NCBI GenBank assembly: GCA_963778655.1
Contig: CAVZVA010000010.1
Span: 320,001 to 384,000 of the forward strand
Source of the DNA: an uncultured delta proteobacterium
GTDB lineage: Bacteria; Myxococcota_A; Polyangia; Polyangiales; JAFGIB01
DNA: 64,000 nucleotides
Direction of reading: 5' to 3'
The notes under the pieces were generated by a model that ran no database searches, was not told the origin of the DNA, and worked only from the letters and a program-made list of their open reading frames with translations. Below are positions 42,197 to 55,910 of the stretch, piece after piece. Position 1 is the stretch's first letter. Each line of letters starts with the position of its first letter. The position numbers were made by a program, and so were the translations under genes.

Positions 42197-42993
42197 AGGT
42201 GCACCTCGATGGTGAAGCGATCGGCGCGCAAGCGCTCGGGCGGCAGGTCCAGCAGGGCCGCGGCGGCGGCGCGATCGAGCATCCAGGTCAGCGCGCCATC
42301 AGCCGGGTGGATGCGCTGCGCGGGCAGGGCGTGCGGGCGCAGTGTACCTTGCAACACGTCGGCCACGCGCGCGCTCTTCTCGACGCCGCTGACCAAGAAG
42401 CACACCGCACGCGCCGCATCGAAGACCTGAGGCAGCAAGCTCACGCGAAAGCGCTCGCCGCCGGGGTCCTTGCGCGCCGACGCCCAGCGCTCGGGCTCGT
42501 CGACCGAGCCGGGAAACAGCGACGCGGTGTGGCCATCATCGCCCATGCCGAGCAACACCAGGTCGAAGCCGCGGGCGGGCGAGCCCACGGAGGTGACGCC
42601 CAGGCGCTCGCGCAGCGCCCGCTCGTAGGCGGCCGCAGCCTGGGTCGGCGGCAGCTCGCCCGCGATGCGCAGCACGTTGGCCTCCGGCACCGGCACGCGC
42701 GAGAGCAGAGCTTGCTGGACCATGCGGTAGTTGCTCGCGTCATCGGTCGGCGGCACGCAGCGCTCGTCGCCGAAGAACAGCTGGGTCTGGCCCCAGGGCA
42801 GCCGCCACGCGAGCGCTTCGCCAGCGAGCAGCTCGTAGAGCGGGCGCGGGGTGTTGCCTCCAGCCAGGCAGAGCAGGAAGCCGCCGCGCTGGCGTACCGC
42901 CTCCTGCGCCGCCTCGAGCACCGCCTGGGCAGCGGCCCGCGTGAGCGCCTCGGCACTGGGAAACACCTCGACCCGAGTCATCTGCGTTTCCAT
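42193..42993 (-). CDS. pgl: 6-phosphogluconolactonase
   Basis: [31 protein letters not shown]. Confidence 0.93.
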   Translation of the reverse strand: METQMTRVEVFPSAEALTRAAAQAVLEAAQEAVRQRGGFLLCLAGGNTPRPLYELLAGEALAWRLPWGQTQLFFGDERCVPPTDDASNYRMVQQALLSRVPVPEANVLRIAGELPPTQAAAAYERALRERLGVTSVGSPARGFDLVLLGMGDDGHTASLFPGSVDEPERWASARKDPGGERFRVSLLPQVFDAARAVCFLVSGVEKSARVADVLQGTLRPHALPAQRIHPADGALTWMLDRAAAAALLDLPPERLRADRFTIEVHL

Positions 42994-43081
42994 CCTTCCC
43001 TGCGCGCCAGGGCCTTTGCCTCGTGTGCCCACCTACGCACCAGGAGACCTCACGGCAAGGCGGGAAGCCCAGACAGGTTTC

Positions 43082-43195
43082 ATGGGAGAACACCTCGTAG
43101 CAGCAAAAAAGTCCATGTCGTCCGCCCGATAGCTACATGCGCGGCAAGTAGGCGTCCATATTGCGCAGCAGCTCGTCCGAGGGCGCGGAGCTCAT
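43082..43195 (-). pseudogene. Collapsed phosphoketolase (xfp) relic
   Basis: MSSAPSDELLRNMDAY...*LSGGRHGLFCCYEVFSH: an XFP-like N-terminus joined to the internal GRHGxFxxYEAF motif. ATGA overlap with the ackA stop and an AGGAG RBS. Confidence 0.7.
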
Positions 43196-44385
43196 GGGGA
43201 TTCTCCTTGCGGCAGCAAGTCGAGCATCTGCCGAGCGATCACCAGCTCTTCGTCGGTGGCGATCACCCGCACCACGCACGGGCCGGCCGCGTTCGAGATG
43301 ACTCGCGCGTCTTCGGCATTGCGCCCCGCGTCGAGCTGCACGCCCAGGTGTTGCAGCCCGTCCGCGATGCGCGCGCGGATGAGCGGGGCGTGCTCGCCGA
43401 TGCCGCCTGCGAACACCAGCGTGTCGAGCCCGCCGAGCACAGCGCACAGCGCGCCGATCGCCTTCTTGACTTGATGGCAGTACAGGGCCACCGCCTCGGC
43501 GGCGCGCAGGTCGGTCCCCTCGAGGGCGAGCAGCTCGCGCAGCGAACCGGTGGTCTCGGAGACGCCGAGCAGGCCACAGCGGCGATTGACGAGATTGTCG
43601 AGCGCGGCGGCGTCCATGCGCTCGGTGCGCGCGAGGTGGATCAGCACGCCGGGATCGAGGTCGCCGGTGCGCGTGGCCATCATGACACCCGAAGTCGGGG
43701 TGAATCCCATGGTGGTGTCGACGGGTTGGCCGGCGCGCACCGCAGCCAGGCTCGAGCCGGCCCCGAGATGGGCCAGCACCACGCGCCCCAGCGCCGCCTG
43801 ACGGCCGGCCACCCGCTCGAGCTCGGCCAGCAAGAACGTGTACGACAAACCGTGAAACCCGTAGCGGCGCACACCGGCGGCGTCGTAGCGGCGCGGTAGA
43901 GCAAGCATGCGCGCTACCCGCGGCATGCCGCGGTGGAACGCGGTGTCGTAACACGCGACCTGTGGAAGACGCGGCCAACGCGCGCGCGCCGCGCGCACCA
44001 GCCCCAGCTCGGAGGGCATGTGATCGGGATCGATCGCGGCCAGCTGCTGCAGCTCGGCAAGCGCCTCATCGGTGATGCACTCGGCCTGCTGGTGGCGCGT
44101 GCCGCCGTAGACGATGCGGTGACCCACGGCGCGCAGCCCGCGCAGCAACCCGCGTTGCTCGAGCGCGGCGACCAGCGCCGCGAAGGCCTCGCTGTGATCG
44201 GCGGCGGCGAGCGGTTGCGCCGCGCCCGCTGCCGAAAGGCTCAGCTCGGCCTGGTCCGAGCCGATCGCACGCACCTCGCCGCGCACCACCGCGGCGGGGG
44301 GCGGAGAGGGCAGCGCCGGAAACAGGGCCAGCTTGAGACTGGACGAGCCCGCGTTCAGGGCGAGAAGGGTGTCCTGGCTCTCCAT
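43192..44385 (-). CDS. ackA: Acetate kinase
   Basis: LNAGSSSLK, GHRIV, DTAFH, RRYGFHGLSY, TTMGFTP, FAGGIGE, TDEE. Confidence 0.95.
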   Translation of the reverse strand: MESQDTLLALNAGSSSLKLALFPALPSPPPAAVVRGEVRAIGSDQAELSLSAAGAAQPLAAADHSEAFAALVAALEQRGLLRGLRAVGHRIVYGGTRHQQAECITDEALAELQQLAAIDPDHMPSELGLVRAARARWPRLPQVACYDTAFHRGMPRVARMLALPRRYDAAGVRRYGFHGLSYTFLLAELERVAGRQAALGRVVLAHLGAGSSLAAVRAGQPVDTTMGFTPTSGVMMATRTGDLDPGVLIHLARTERMDAAALDNLVNRRCGLLGVSETTGSLRELLALEGTDLRAAEAVALYCHQVKKAIGALCAVLGGLDTLVFAGGIGEHAPLIRARIADGLQHLGVQLDAGRNAEDARVISNAAGPCVVRVIATDEELVIARQMLDLLPQGESP

Positions 44386-44749
44386 GCGTGCGCTCTCCGC
44401 GGGTTGTGTCCGTACGATTTCTTGGCAGCGCTCGGAGTGTCTGAGTCGCCAGCGATTCGCATTCCGGCGCGGGCAACGGCGAGCCCCCTTCTGTTAAGCA
44501 CGGCTCGCCGCGGCGCGAGCCCGGCTTCGCTCGAAGTGCCGCGACGCGCTGTCGCGGGGGGGCCTGCGGCGCCGCAAGCGGCTGGAGCAGAAGCACGCGC
44601 AGATCGACCACGGAACGGCGCGAGCTGCTACGCGCGCGCGCCGCGTCCTTCGCCGCCAAGGACGCACGGCGGGATTGACCTCCGCAACCGTTGAAGGGAA
44701 CGCTGCGCTGGCGGACAATGGCGTGCGCGCCACCTGCGCGCCGCACCGC

Positions 44750-45679
<930 letters not shown>

Positions 45680-45702
45680 AGGGGCAAGGGCGAAGCCGCG
45701 GA

Positions 45703-45900
45703 GCCCGCGCTCGCCAGGACGCCAAGACGCTGTGGTGTTGGGGCCAAGGCTCGAAGACCTCGGCCGGCAACCTCGGGGTGACCAATGTGGTAGCGCTGGG
45801 CGGGGTCTTTTCGCCCAGCCAGCCCGCGTTTCTCACCAGCGACGGGGTTTACCACCTCGGCACCAACGACACCCGCAGCCCCAACTGCAATACGTTGTGA
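45703..45900 (+). pseudogene. C-terminal fragment of an RCC1-like repeat protein
   Basis: ARARQDAKTLWCWGQG...GVTNVVALGG...PNCNTL*, with no start of its own. Confidence 0.45.
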
Positions 45901-46043
45901 TCGGGCAGGTGCGAGGCGCGGCCATGCTCCGGCAATGCGCTCACCTGGGATGGTCTACAGCCCTGGTGTCGTGAACGCGAACACGCTTGCCCCCGAAGAC
46001 CTGTGCCGCCGGCGTGGCGCACCGGGCGGGTGTGCGAGGCGGG

Positions 46044-47798
46044 CTACGGCGCGACCCAGATCGCGCAGGCGTCGGGCGCCAGCAAGACGCCCTCTGCGCG
46101 GGCAGCGGGCGGTTCCGGGTAGGCGAGCACGCAACGGCCGGGCGGCGCGGGCAGGGTGCAGGGCTCAGCGCCGAGGTTGGCTTGCAGGGTGACTGCGCCG
46201 CGGCGCACGACCAGCCAGCCCTGGCGCTCGTCGTAGCTGGCTTCGACGCGCTCGCGGCGGCCGTCGAGCAGGTCGGACGTGGTGGCACGCAGGCGCGCGA
46301 GCGCGCGGTAGAACGCGAGCATGGAGGCGTGCGGCTCGCGGCTGCGCTCGTCCCAATCGAGCACCGAGGCGCGGAAGGTGGCCTCGGCCTGCGGGTCGGG
46401 GATCTGCTCGGGCGCCCAACCGAACGCTTCGAACTCGCGCCGCCGCCCGCGCCGCACCGCCTCGGCAAGCCGCGGATTGCGGTGGTCGGTAAAGTAGTAG
46501 AAGGGCGTGCTGGCGGCCCACTCCTCGCCTTGAAACAGCATCGGCACGCCGGGCGCCATGAACACCAGCGCCGCGCCGATGCGCACGCGGCCGGGTGTGG
46601 TGAGCGCGCCGATGCGCTCGCCACGCGCGCGGTTGCCGACCTGGTCGTGGGTCTGCAGGTAGCCGATCAGGTGCTCTCCGGAAAGCGCGCCGAGCGCGCG
46701 ACCATGGTGGCGGCCGCGGAACGTCGAGTAGCGATCGGCGTACACGAAGCCCTCGCGCAGCGCGGTCGCGACGTCAGCGAGCGCACCGAAGTCGCCGTAG
46801 TAGCCGCTGCGCTCGGAGGTGAGCACGGCGTGCAGCGCGTGGTGCAGGTCGTCGCTCCACTGCGCGTCGAGCCCGAAGCCATGGGCCTCGCGCGGCCATA
46901 GCAGGCGCGGATCGTTGAGATCGCTCTCGGCGATCACGACCAGCCTGCGGCCGAGCTGCGCGCCGAGCGCGTGCACCTCCTCAGCGAGCTGTTCGAGGAA
47001 GGGGTGGGCCGACTCGTCGTGCAGCGCGTGCACAGCGTCCAGGCGCAGCCCATCGAAATGGTAGTCGCGCAGCCACATGCAGGCGTTGTCGCAGAAGAAG
47101 CGCCGCACCTGGTCGCTCCCGGCGCCGTCGAGGTTGACCGCGGCGCCCCAGGGCGTGCCGTAACGATCGGTGAAGTACGGACCGAATTCCGCCAGGTAGT
47201 TCCCGTCGGGGCCGAGGTGGTTGTAGACGACGTCGAGCAGCACCGCGAGCCCCAGCGCGTGCGCGCGCGCGACCAGCGTCTTGAGCGCGTCCGGCTCGCC
47301 ATAGGGTGCGTGCGGAGCCCACAGGCACACGCCGTCGTAGCCCCAGCCGTGGCGCCCGGGAAACGCCGCCACCGGCATCAGCTCCACGTGCGTCACGCCC
47401 AGCTCGACCAGCTGCTCGAGCTTGCGCGCAGCGCCGGCGAACGTGCCCTCGGGACTGAAGGTCCCGATGTGCAGCTCGCAGACCAGCCCGGTGCGCAAGG
47501 GGGGCGCCTGAAAGCCCTGATCGGTCCAGGCGAAGTCGGCGGCCAGCTGCTGCGACGGGCCATGGACACCGCCCGGTTGGCACGGCGAGCGCGGGTCGGG
47601 GCGCTCGCGCCCATCGATCACCACGACATACGGCACGCCGGGCGGCGGCGCGGGCAGGCTGAAGCAGCCGCGCTCCAGCGGCTGCGCCGGCAGCGTGCGC
47701 CCGCTGAAGCGAATCGCCAACTCGCGCGCGCGCGGCGCCCAGAGCTCCAGCGAGGCTGCGTTTCCTTCACTCGAGACGTGCTGGTTGGAATGCGACAA
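46044..47798 (-). CDS. treZ: Malto-oligosyltrehalose trehalohydrolase
   Basis: ELHIGTF, WGYDG, DVVYNH, DGLRLDAVHA, HDQVGNRA, MLFQGEEW. TTG 47798 is preferred over the ORF-track start, which lies inside a repeat hairpin. Confidence 0.9.
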   Translation of the reverse strand: MSHSNQHVSSEGNAASLELWAPRARELAIRFSGRTLPAQPLERGCFSLPAPPPGVPYVVVIDGRERPDPRSPCQPGGVHGPSQQLAADFAWTDQGFQAPPLRTGLVCELHIGTFSPEGTFAGAARKLEQLVELGVTHVELMPVAAFPGRHGWGYDGVCLWAPHAPYGEPDALKTLVARAHALGLAVLLDVVYNHLGPDGNYLAEFGPYFTDRYGTPWGAAVNLDGAGSDQVRRFFCDNACMWLRDYHFDGLRLDAVHALHDESAHPFLEQLAEEVHALGAQLGRRLVVIAESDLNDPRLLWPREAHGFGLDAQWSDDLHHALHAVLTSERSGYYGDFGALADVATALREGFVYADRYSTFRGRHHGRALGALSGEHLIGYLQTHDQVGNRARGERIGALTTPGRVRIGAALVFMAPGVPMLFQGEEWAASTPFYYFTDHRNPRLAEAVRRGRRREFEAFGWAPEQIPDPQAEATFRASVLDWDERSREPHASMLAFYRALARLRATTSDLLDGRRERVEASYDERQGWLVVRRGAVTLQANLGAEPCTLPAPPGRCVLAYPEPPAARAEGVLLAPDACAIWVAP

Positions 47799-47820
47799 GA
47801 CTGGGCCTCGCTGGCCTGCT

Positions 47821-47902
47821 GTTACCGGGAGGGGCACGCGCCCCTCCCGCCCTGCCGGCTAAGCCGTCAGGGTTGCACTCTCCCTCGGGATCGCTTTGCT
47901 CC
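47821..47902. repeat. Structured two-hairpin dispersed element, copy 2
   Basis: Homologous to 31058-31140; lies in the treY-treZ intergenic gap. Confidence 0.8.
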
Positions 47903-47919
47903 GGTTTCTGGGGCCACGC

Positions 47920-50552
47920 TCACGCCGGCCTCCGCAACAGCGCCACCGGAAAGCGCGCCCACAGCGCCGTGACAGGCACGCCGCCGGCTTCGGCCCGCAC
48001 GCGCTCGCCGCACAGCGCGTCCTGCCAATCGCCGGGCGGCAGCTCCACGCGCGTGCGCTCGGTGAGGCGGCTCGCGCGCAGCGGCCAGCGCGGCACCACC
48101 GTGACCAGCGCGTCGCCGCGCGCGAACGCCAGCACCGCGTCGCCGTCCGGGCCGCCCACCGCGAGCGGCCGGTATGCACCGGCGAACAGCTCGGGCGCGC
48201 GCGCGCGCAGTCCGAGCACGCGCGCGATCAGCCACAGCTTGGGCGTGCCGGCCTCGAGCTCGCGTAGCGCGTCCTCGGGCGCAAGCCCCGGCACGCGCTG
48301 CAGCAGCGCGCGCCGCTGCCCGAAGTCGACCGGCCCGCGGTTATCCGGGTCCACCAGCCGCAGGTCCCACAGCTCGGCACCCTGATACAGATCGGGCACG
48401 CCCGGCGCGCTCAACTTGACCAGCGTCTTGCCCAGCGACGCGATGAACCCGGGCCGCGCGAGCTGCCGCGCGACGCGCTCGACGTCCTGCATTAGCTCGA
48501 TGTCGCGCATCACCGCGAGCACGAACGCCTCGAGCGCCGCCTCGTAGTCCGCGTCGGGCGCGGTCCACGAAGTGTGCAGCTTGGCCTCGCGTGCCGCCTT
48601 GCGCATGTAGCCAAGCGCGCGCTCCTCGCTCAGCGGAAACGCGCCCACCAGCGTCTGATAGAAGAAGTACTGCATGGCCCCATCGAGCTGCGGGCCACCG
48701 CGCAGCGCGACGCGCGCGGCCCAGCGTCCCACCGCATCGCGCCATAGCTCCGCATCCTCGCTCAGCACCAGCAGCCGCGCCCGCACGTCCTCTCCGCGCT
48801 TGGCGTCGTGGGTGCCGCTGGCCAGCATCGAGTCGCTGCCCGAGCGCGCCTGCAGCTCGCGGTGCAGGTCCTGCAGCGACAACCCGAAGCGATCCGGGCT
48901 ACCGCCCACCTCGTTGAGCGCGATCAAGCGCAGGTGGCGATAGAACAGCGTGTCCTCGACCGCCTTGGCCATCACCGCGCCGGTGAGCTGCTGCACGCGC
49001 AGCGCCAGCTCGACCGCGGCCTCGTCCGTGCCGGGCGCCAGCAGCAGCGCATCGTGCAGCTCCACGAAGATGCGCGGATGAGCCTCGGGCTGGTGGCGCG
49101 CGGCGACGGCCAGCGCGCCTTGCACCAGGGCGCGGTCGGCCGCTGTGGGTGCGTCGCCAGGACGCAGGTACGAGCGGTACGCGCCGTAGCCGGCCAGCAG
49201 CTCGGTGATCGCGGCGCGCACCTCGTGGCGCGTGCAGTCGCGCAGGGCGATGCGCGCGCGCAGCACGCGGTGCGCGAGCTCGACCACGCGCTCCAGCTCG
49301 CTGCCCAGCACCTGCTCGAGCACCTGTAGCTTGGCCGCGCGCTCCATCTGCCCGTAGTCCTGCGGGTCGCCCGCGAAGCGTGCCGCCAGCGCGTCGAGCA
49401 CCGCCTGTCCTGCGGGATCGACCTGGGCCTGATCGAGCAAGCGCATGAAGTCGTAGCCGGTGCTGCCGTCGACCGGCCAGGGCGCAGGCAGCGCCTCGTC
49501 CGGCTGCAGGATCTTCTCGACCACGATGTACGCGTCTGGCGCGGCCGCGCGCAGCCGCTCGAGGTAGCGCCGCGGATCGTACAGCCCGTCGACGTGATCC
49601 ACGCGCACGCCATCGATCGCGCCCTCACGCAGCCAGCGCAGCACCAGCGCGTGGGTGCGCGCGAACACCTGCTCGTCCTCGACCCGCAGGCCGGCCAGCG
49701 AGTGGATGTCGAAAAAGCGGCGGTAGCCGAGCTCGGTCGCCGCCGACTTCCAGTACGCGAGCCGCCAGCTCTGGTGCTCGAGCCAGGCATCGAGCGCGTG
49801 CAGCTCGGCGCCGAGCCTCCCGACCTCGCGGTCGACCGCGCGCGCGAGCTCCGGTTGCTGCTCGAGCAGCTGCTGCAACTGCGCGAACAGCACGCGCTTG
49901 TCGCGTAGCCGCCTTTCGCTGGCGGCGCGGTCGGTGGTCCAGGGGTGGGGCAGCGAGGCGAGCGTGTCGCCGAAGAAGCCGAGCGCATCGGAGCCCGTGG
50001 CCTTCGCGGCCGAAAGCAGCAGCGGGCCGAGCGAGCGCGGCGCGGCCGGCAGCCGGTGCTCGTGGTAGACGACCACGAAGCGCGCGCCCTCGCGCGAGAG
50101 CCGCACGCTGCCGCTCTCGAGCGCCTCGATGTAGCGCTCGCCCAGGATCGGCAGCAACACGCGGTTGTCGGCCGCGGCGTCCCAGTCCACGTCGAAGAAC
50201 ACCGCGTAGGGGCTGGAGGGGCCATTCTCGAGCACATCCCACCACAGCGCGTTTTCGGGCGTGCCGATCGCCATGTGATTGGGCACGATGTCGAGCAGGA
50301 TCTGCAGCCCGTGCGCCTGCTTCGCGGCGCCCAGCGCCGCGAAACCGCTCGCGCCGCCCAGCGCCTCGCTCACCCTGTCGTGGTCGACCACATCGTAGCC
50401 ATGCTCGCTGCCGGGCGCGGCCTGCAGGCAAGGCGAGGCGTACAGGTGGCTCGCCCCCAGCTGCTGCAGGTAGTCGGCGAGCGCAGCCGCCGCGCGAAAG
50501 TCGAGCGCGGGGCCGAGCTGCAGCCTGTAGGTGGCTCTGGGCGCCCGCACGC

Positions 50553-50571
<19 letters not shown>
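47920..50571 (-). CDS. treY: Malto-oligosyltrehalose synthase
   Basis: ATYRLQ, HGYDVVD, DIVPNHM, YRRFFD, RVDHVDGL, EKIL, GVPDLYQG, LVDPDNR. Confidence 0.95.
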
Positions 50572-52673
<2,102 letters not shown>

Positions 52674-52782
52674 GGCCGCGAGCTTACCACCCCCGGCGTC
52701 CCAAGCGGCCGCAACAGAGCGCCGGCGCACAGCCTCGGGCGGGCCCGCGCGCCGATGTGTGGTACACCAGGCCCAGCGCGCC

Positions 52783-53331
52783 ATGTTCAACCTGGGGTTC
52801 GGCGAGATCCTCCTCATTTGCGTCGTGCTCATCATCGTGGTGGGCCCCGAGCGGCTGCCCTCGTTGATGAAGAACGTGGGCAAGGCGGTCCGCACGGTGC
52901 GACAAGCCAGTCGCGAGCTCCAGGCCACGGTCGGGCTCGACGAGCTGATGCGCGAGGACGTGTTGGAACCGCCGCCGCCACGCAGGCCGCCGCCGCCCGC
53001 GACCGTCAGCCGCGATCCGGTTTCGGCACAGCCGCCGCAGCCTCCCGCAGCGGGCGCGCCCGAAGCCGCCGCGGCGCCCGAGGCCGGCGCGGGGGCCGCG
53101 ACCACGCCCGAAGTCGCCGCGCTGCCGCCGGCCACATCCGCAGCCCCGCTAGCTGCCGCTGCGAATGCCGCTGAAATTGCGAGCGCACCCTCGCCCGCCG
53201 CTGCAGCCGCAGCCCCACCGGCGGCTGCCGCCAGCCCGCCCGAGCCGGCGGGCGCTGCCGCAGCGCCGAGCGCCGGCACCCCCCCACCGCCGGCCGCAGT
53301 CGAGCCTGGAGGCAGCAAGGGAGAGGGCTGA
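52783..53331 (+). CDS. tatB: Tat translocase subunit TatB
   Basis: MFNLGFGEILLI...VGPERLP; Pro/Ala tail; adjacent to tatC. Confidence 0.9.
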   Translation: MFNLGFGEILLICVVLIIVVGPERLPSLMKNVGKAVRTVRQASRELQATVGLDELMREDVLEPPPPRRPPPPATVSRDPVSAQPPQPPAAGAPEAAAAPEAGAGAATTPEVAALPPATSAAPLAAAANAAEIASAPSPAAAAAAPPAAAASPPEPAGAAAAPSAGTPPPPAAVEPGGSKGEG

Positions 53332-54158
53332 TGTCCGGGCAGGACGAGCGGCGCGCCGAGCCGGAGCTTCCGCGCGACGTGCCGATGACGGTCTGGGAGC
53401 ACCTGACCGAGCTGCGCACGCGCCTGATCCGCGCCCTGCTCGGCACGATTCCCGGCATCGCGGCCGCGTGGATACTGCGGGAGCGGCTGCTCGACTTCAT
53501 GGTGGCACCGCTGGCCAAGGCCTGGGTGCGGCTGGGCCTGGGCGAGCCCACCTTGCACTTCTCGAACCCGGTCGACCCGTTCGTCGCCTACCTGCGAATC
53601 GCGATCGTGGTCGGGCTGATCTTCACCAGCCCCTGGATCGCGTATCAGGTCTGGGCCTTCATCTCGCCTGGGCTGTACTCGCGCGAGAAGGCCTATGCGA
53701 TTCCGTTCGCGCTCGCCTCGGCCGTGTTCTTCGCGGGCGGCGCGTTCTTCGGCTACGCGGTGGTGTTCCCGGTCGGCTTCGAGAGCCTGCTCGGCATGTC
53801 GGGCATGCTGCCGTCGCGTCTGGTCAAGGTCGCGCCCACGATCATGATCGACGAATACCTGAGCTTCGCGACCCAGATGCTGCTCGGATTCGGCGTGGTG
53901 TTCGAGGTGCCGGTGGTGGTCGCGTTCCTGGCGCTGGCGGGCATCGTCAACTGGAAGCAGCTGCTGAAGTTCGGCCGCTGGTGGGTGCTGCTGGCCTCGA
54001 TCCTCGCCGGCGTGCTCACGCCTTCGCCCGACGTCGGCTCGCAGATGATGATGCTGACGCCGCTGGTGGTGCTGTACTTCGCGGCGGTCGGCATCGCCTA
54101 CCTGATCGGGCCCAAGGTCGAGGCCAAAAAGCCCGAGCAGGACACGCACGAGGCATGA
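53331..54158 (+). CDS. tatC: Tat translocase subunit TatC
   Basis: EHLTELRTRL, YQVWAFISPGL, FGVVFEVP, LTPSPD. Confidence 0.96.
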   Translation: MSGQDERRAEPELPRDVPMTVWEHLTELRTRLIRALLGTIPGIAAAWILRERLLDFMVAPLAKAWVRLGLGEPTLHFSNPVDPFVAYLRIAIVVGLIFTSPWIAYQVWAFISPGLYSREKAYAIPFALASAVFFAGGAFFGYAVVFPVGFESLLGMSGMLPSRLVKVAPTIMIDEYLSFATQMLLGFGVVFEVPVVVAFLALAGIVNWKQLLKFGRWWVLLASILAGVLTPSPDVGSQMMMLTPLVVLYFAAVGIAYLIGPKVEAKKPEQDTHEA

Positions 54159-55543
54159 CGCGGCCGCCACGGCTGGGTGCCAGCCTGCGCGACAGCGCAC
54201 GGCTGCTGTACGCGCGCCCCGTGGCTGCGCTCGCGCTCGGCGCCGGGATCGTGCTCGGGCTGCTGTCTTTGTGCTTCGGCATCGGCGTGCTGCTGGTGCC
54301 GTGGCTGGCCTGCGAGCTGCTCGCGCTGCTGCTCGGCGAGACGCTGCAAGCGCCGCCCGCGCGCGGCCGGCGCTGGGTCGCCGCTGGCGTGGTGCTGCTC
54401 GGCGCGGTGCTGCTGACCTCGTCGGTCGCGTGGCTGAGCTGGCTCGGCCTGGACGACCCGTCCGCGCCTGCGGCGGCGCAGAGCCGCGTCCACCTGGGCG
54501 CGCTGCTCGCGCCGGCCAGCGCGGTGGTCTCGCTGGCGTTCGTGCTGCCCTTCCTGTACGCGCCGCTAATCTTGATCGAAGGTCGCGCCGGCCTGGGCGG
54601 TGCCGTGCTGGAGAGCGCACGCCTGGTCGCGCGCGGCGGCGTGCTGCGGCACTTCGCCTTTTCGCTGGTGGTCAACCTGGTGCAAGCCGCACCAATCGGG
54701 CTGGCCGCGCTGGCCGCCGTCTCGCTGTCCGAAAGCGAGTTAGTCCCGCTTTGGGCGGTGCTCGGCTCCCCGCTGCTGGCGATCACGGTGCCGCTCGGCC
54801 AGGGCATGCTGGTGAGCGCGTACGCGGAGCGCCGCGACGCGCTGGCCGACGAGCGCCGCACGCGGCTGGCCGGGCGCCCGCCGCGGGCGCTGGTGCTGCT
54901 GTGGGCCGCGCTGGTGGCGGCGCCGGTGCTGTCGTTCAGCTTGCTCGGCGCGGTCTTCGTGCGACCTTCTCGGCTTTCGCCCGGCCGCTTGCCCGAGGCC
55001 TCCGAGCCGATCGCCGCGTTTGCGCCGCTGCGCGGCGAGCCGCGCGTGCTCCTGCCCGGCACCGGGCTGGAGATCCGCGCCAGCCGGCGGGCGGTGCGGG
55101 TCGAGGCGGGCGACGGCGGCGGCGTCGGCCGGCTACCGCTGCGCAGCGCCGCGCCGATCGACGCGCTGCGCGTGGCGCGCGTGCGCGACCGCTACGGCAT
55201 CGAGCTGGTGCAGGCGGGTCGCACCTACCTGACCTGGATCGACCGCGCCGGGGTGCGCCTCGACGACGACTTGCACGCGCGCCTGCTCGACCGGGTGCCG
55301 AGCTGGGCGCTGCTGCTGATGCTGCTCTCGCTGCTGTCCACGGCTGGCAGCCTGCTGCCGGTGCTGTTCGCGCTGGCCGAGCTGCGCCGGCTGTACGCGC
55401 TCGAGCCCGGGCTGCGACCCGCGCCGCGCGAGCTCTCGCTGCAGCGCGGGCGCACGCTGCTACGCGCGCTGGCGGTGGCGCTGCTGCTGGTGCCGCTGGC
55501 CGTGTTCTCGCTGTACTGGGGCGTGCGGGCAGCGTTCGGCTGA
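54155..55543 (+). CDS. Hypothetical multi-pass membrane protein
   Basis: ATGA overlap with tatC; about 8 hydrophobic helices and one soluble loop. Confidence 0.65.
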   Translation: MTRPPRLGASLRDSARLLYARPVAALALGAGIVLGLLSLCFGIGVLLVPWLACELLALLLGETLQAPPARGRRWVAAGVVLLGAVLLTSSVAWLSWLGLDDPSAPAAAQSRVHLGALLAPASAVVSLAFVLPFLYAPLILIEGRAGLGGAVLESARLVARGGVLRHFAFSLVVNLVQAAPIGLAALAAVSLSESELVPLWAVLGSPLLAITVPLGQGMLVSAYAERRDALADERRTRLAGRPPRALVLLWAALVAAPVLSFSLLGAVFVRPSRLSPGRLPEASEPIAAFAPLRGEPRVLLPGTGLEIRASRRAVRVEAGDGGGVGRLPLRSAAPIDALRVARVRDRYGIELVQAGRTYLTWIDRAGVRLDDDLHARLLDRVPSWALLLMLLSLLSTAGSLLPVLFALAELRRLYALEPGLRPAPRELSLQRGRTLLRALAVALLLVPLAVFSLYWGVRAAFG

Positions 55544-55565
55544 GCGCACCACACGCGCCTCGACT

Positions 55566-55594
55566 TTGACCGCCTACGCGCGGACCGCTACCGT
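55566..55594 (+). promoter_or_regulatory. Sigma70-like promoter candidate
   Basis: TTGACC-N17-TACCGT upstream of ATG 55629. Confidence 0.4.
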
Positions 55595-55628
55595 GTTCAG
55601 AGCGCCACCTGCGCCGCCCGCATCCGCG

Positions 55629-55910
55629 ATGGAACAGCCCGAAAATCCCGCGCAATCCTCCGAGCGCACGCCGGCATCCGCCGGCGCGGCACAGACCCGG
55701 CTGCACAACGCGCAACGGGCGTTCGAGCTCGGCGCATACGCGCAGCTCGAGCGCCTGCTGCCGGGGCTGCAAGCCCAGCCCGACAGCGAGCTCGGGCAGC
55801 AGGCGCGGCGGCTGCTGCGCGCACGCCAGGTCGATCGGGTGCAGCTCGCGGTGCTGGCCGGCTGCGCGCTGCTGCTGGCCGGCGTGATCGTCTCTTACAT
55901 GTCCCCATGA
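55629..55910 (+). CDS. Small protein with a C-terminal TM anchor
   Basis: Helical region, then LAVLAGCALLLAGVIV; ATGA overlap with the next gene. Confidence 0.55.
   Translation: MEQPENPAQSSERTPASAGAAQTRLHNAQRAFELGAYAQLERLLPGLQAQPDSELGQQARRLLRARQVDRVQLAVLAGCALLLAGVIVSYMSP

Noticed and set aside
43030..43081. Further XFP homology (FPPCREVSW)
   Set aside because: Better explained by the half GGAAG palindrome at 43049-43067.
44477..44510. Hairpin CGGCGAGCC/GGCTCGCCG as a second MITE
   Set aside because: No terminal repeats or target duplication were found; a 9-bp GC stem alone is weak evidence.
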